From: Iphione sp. A-MEVVRFRX5
Taxonomy: Eukaryota
Reading direction: 5' to 3'
DNA length: 64,000 nt
NCBI GenBank assembly: GCA_976226885.1
Contig: OZ320316.1
Coordinates: forward strand, 81,716,001-81,780,000
The translations under genes were made by a program, and so were the position numbers. The notes under the pieces are model-generated. The model was not told the origin of the DNA and searched no databases. It was given only the letters and a program-made list of their open reading frames with translations. Shown here in pieces: positions 61,044-64,000 of this stretch (positions are counted from its first letter, which is position 1; the number at the start of each line of letters is the position of its first letter).

Positions 61044-61475
61044 TGGCTATCGCCAATCCACAGATGTGCCAATCATCAGAGGAGGTGCCACTCACGGCGC
61101 CCATGGGTTATTTGAGTAATTCGGTAGCCGCCACATCGGGGGTCGGGGCCACTGGCTGCCCTTGGAAGATCATGCTGTCGCCGGGCCAGCGCGTCAACAT
61201 CACCCTGATAGACTTTGCACGCCCGTTATTACGGCCCGGCCACACGCAGTCCCAGCAGCAACAGCCGGCGCCGCAACAACCGCCCTCGCACGGCAGCGTC
61301 TGTCACCAGTACGCCCTCGTCACTGAGCGCAAGACGACGATGCGGTCGACGCGTGTCTGCGGCGGGGACACGCGCGTGCGCCATGTGTATATCTCGCGCG
61401 CTAACGTCGTCGAGATCCGCATTGTGCGACGCAGCAAGCCCGACGCCGATGAATTTTTCCTACTAAAATACGAAG
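61044..61475 (+). CDS. Host exon encoding a CUB-like domain (same gene; further exons presumably beyond the window)
   Basis: Acceptor tttttgttttccag|, donor G|GTGAG, 432 nt, phase 1-1 and in frame with the previous exon. It reads GYLSN....CPWKIMLSPGQRVNITLIDF...C..YA...E....RVCGG...YISRANVVEIRIV...FLLKYE. Confidence 0.88.
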
Positions 61476-62499
61476 GTGAGTTCTCCGTGAAATTCCGAGG
61501 TTTTAGGTTTCTGGGAATTTAAGAATTAATTAGTGTAAAAGCAACGATAAAGAGATGTGAGAAATAGGCCCAAGAATATTGATACCTAGGCTGCGTTTCT
61601 GGATGCTAAAAAAAATGTTGCGTACGAAGGAGACCCGCTCTTGTGCCTGAAAGGTCCCTAGACACAGGGCCAGTCATCTAACATTAGACCTTATTGATCT
61701 CCTCATTGTCCCTATTCCTTTGTCATTAACTTGCCCCGAACGGCCTCTCAGGGAGAGGCGTGGAGGAGATGGGCTTTTTTAAGATCAGAGTCACGGAGGT
61801 GCCGGCGGAAGCTCCAAGTTCATGAGAGTGGCGCTGATAATGAGTATCCCGATAAGAGGCCCCGTGAGATGCTCACAGTAGGATCAGTGGCTTTCAATCC
61901 CCACGGCCTTCCACTACCAAGCCATCTGCATGATTTAGATGCTACGGTAAAGCCAAAGACACGGGTCCAAATTGGAGAATCAATGCGATATTTGCGTACT
62001 TTGAATCATATCATTTCTAATAGCCGTTCCCCTTTACGCCTACTTGGATCTGATATTAATCAGTTGTAACACCTCAAGTACTCGCCAGTACTTGTCCTTT
62101 CCAGGTTCCCCAGGCGTCATCCGAGGAGCCGGTTGATCTCTATGTACACACCAGGGATGAGATTTCTCTTTTTATTACTCCGTGCGCTCAAAGTGCGTCA
62201 CAAATATGCTACATTGTCATCAATTACGGGCCGCTTTTTAATTGAGACAGAACTGATCATGTTCATTAATTATCCCATAAAAAAGGTCAAATAAGCCGTC
62301 ATCGTTACAGCGGGCTCTTTGCTTTTAAGCGAGCGTGCCGACTGCTGGATAGAACTAATTGAATCTCTGTGCTCAGTGATGATATGCGCATCGTGGCCCA
62401 GACTGTGTCAGCTGAAAGCTGTCAGCAACGTTGGCCCTAATTCCCATTTAATGATGAAAGTGCATGGCCTTTGACAACCTACCGAACAAACAAAACTTT

Positions 62500-63600
62500 G
62501 GAAATAGTATCGACGTAGGTAGTATAATGAAAAGGCGGTTTGTGTCCGGCTACAGAGACCAACAGCAAAGGGAAACTGCGAACTCCCTGTAGTTTAGTTT
62601 TTATGGTGGACAATTCTAAGAATTCTGGAAATATATTTTTAGTTTGATGCCTATCTGAGTAGGTCGATGTACATTTATTAAGGGTTCTTTTAATGGTAAT
62701 CCTCAGCGATGCCAGCAGGGAGACTTTGGTGAGCGTTAACTTCACCAGGCCCTCCGGCAGCTGGATAAGCGGACGTCTTAGCGCCCATTAAGGCCACCCA
62801 GATGGAACCGTCATCCGACCTGATCACTAAGTGACTCAGCCAGACATCAGGTTTATCCGCAGGCCCTGCTGCCCTAGAGACCGGCAAGCCTGCCTGTCCC
62901 TGCTCGCTACTTCCACTTTGGCCTCTCCCTATATAGTGCGAGGAACTGCCCCTTGTACATCGAGGACCGCCTCCTCCCACTCCTTGCACTTCCCACGAGG
63001 CCGTGCCTCCTGCCTCTTTGGCCGGGCCTTATCGACTCGGCCACACTCAGCCGCCGTCCCCGCACTGCACCGTGATTACTGGCCGCCGGGAATTTGGCGC
63101 CCTCCAATATTGAGTTATTTCACGGCTGATATGGGAGTTGGCGCTTCGGTCGAGGATTAAATCATGCAACAGTGCGAGCGGTCACCGTCGGGTAGCTGCC
63201 CTTCGGGCCGGGCCCCTAGCATGCGGTGCCGGTAAATCCCAGATGCTGTGTGCCCTGCCCGGTTGCTGTTTGCGGCCTGGTTGGTCCGATCTTTCAAAGG
63301 GACTTTTCCAATTACAGGTCATGGGGATAGAGTTAGACCGCTCAAGAAATAAGGAATAAGTGCCCCTCCCGGTGGGCAAGGCTTTGGCCTGTGACCGATA
63401 ACTTGATGCACTGGTGCGCCGAACTCTTGAGCGCGAACCTTATAAATATAGAACGGCACGTTATTTGGATGCCCACCCTCAGGAGGCATGTATCATTGGC
63501 AAGCAATATTTTTCGGCTTCGCCGCCATAGGAACACAGCCCAGGACGAGTATGCATATCCATAAATATATTCATTCCTTGTACATGACAATATTAGCTAA
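62500..63600 (-). mobile_element. Possible decayed DIRS-like tyrosine recombinase remnant
   Basis: GC-rich block with, in order, IFIRFALKSSAHQCIKLSVTGQSLAHREG (cf. FI..L..KG.A.STIK.YVSGLS..HK..G), AKFPAASNHGAVRG (cf. AMF.LAFHGFLRxGE) and LVIRSDDGSIWVALMGAKTS (cf. L.I..SKTD). Multiple stops. Confidence 0.35.
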
Positions 63601-64000
63601 ACGGCTGGTCTATGTCCTTCAAGCCTTAGCATTTCAGGCCCCCCAGTTGGGTGTCTTCAATGGCATCGACGGGCACCAACCCTTGTGGCGTCTACGCCCT
63701 GTAGATTTTGTCGGCCTTGTTTAATGACGAAAACTGTCGAAGACAAGACGGGAAGCCGTGTGGGAAGAGCCATTGTTCGATCCACTCTAACTTGCACTTA
63801 TGCTGACACAGCACTTCCGAATGAGCCGGAACTTTCCATACAACGCTCTCCTTTGGACGGTTACTTTGGTGGAAGGGTAAGAGAATGGGTGGGTGAGAGT
63901 GAATCCAATGCTATGTACTTCCCGGAACTAAGCATAGTTAGCACAATATGAGCATCAGATGACATTTAAACAATGCGTGGCATCTACTGCAACCATAACA

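Noticed and set aside
62102-62150. Candidate next exon after an acceptor-like tcctttccag
   Set aside because: An in-frame stop (TGA) occurs after 10 codons and the Cys-rich module expected in this family is absent.

Overview
Eukaryotic (animal) genomic DNA of roughly 40% GC, dominated by transposable elements. The host is probably a lophotrochozoan such as an annelid, which I infer from a SUEL-lectin+CUB gene and a Meta-type SINE. Only two confident host exons are present (60022-60306 SUEL/gal-lectin; 61044-61475 CUB-like; + strand, both phase 1-1), and the rest looks intronic or intergenic. The outstanding feature is an apparently intact ~6.1 kb CR1/L2-group non-LTR retrotransposon on the minus strand (~19912 to ~13826) with three uninterrupted ORFs. 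ORF1 is an L1-type coiled-coil/RRM/CTD protein fused at its C-terminus to a NADAR (YbiA-like N-glycosidase/ADP-ribosylhydrolase) domain. The middle ORF is a free-standing SGNH hydrolase with a complete Ser-Asp-His triad. ORF2 is an APE endonuclease plus reverse transcriptase. The element also carries a 29-nt inverted repeat linking its 5' leader to the ORF2 leader, and 5' splice-site-like motifs in every non-coding spacer. The window otherwise holds several decayed LINE fragments, a decayed Gypsy element, two possible DIRS/Ngaro tyrosine-recombinase remnants, a tRNA-headed SINE, and many MITEs, several with internal ~30-bp A-tract-phased minisatellites. All domain calls were made by eye from motifs and no database searches were run.
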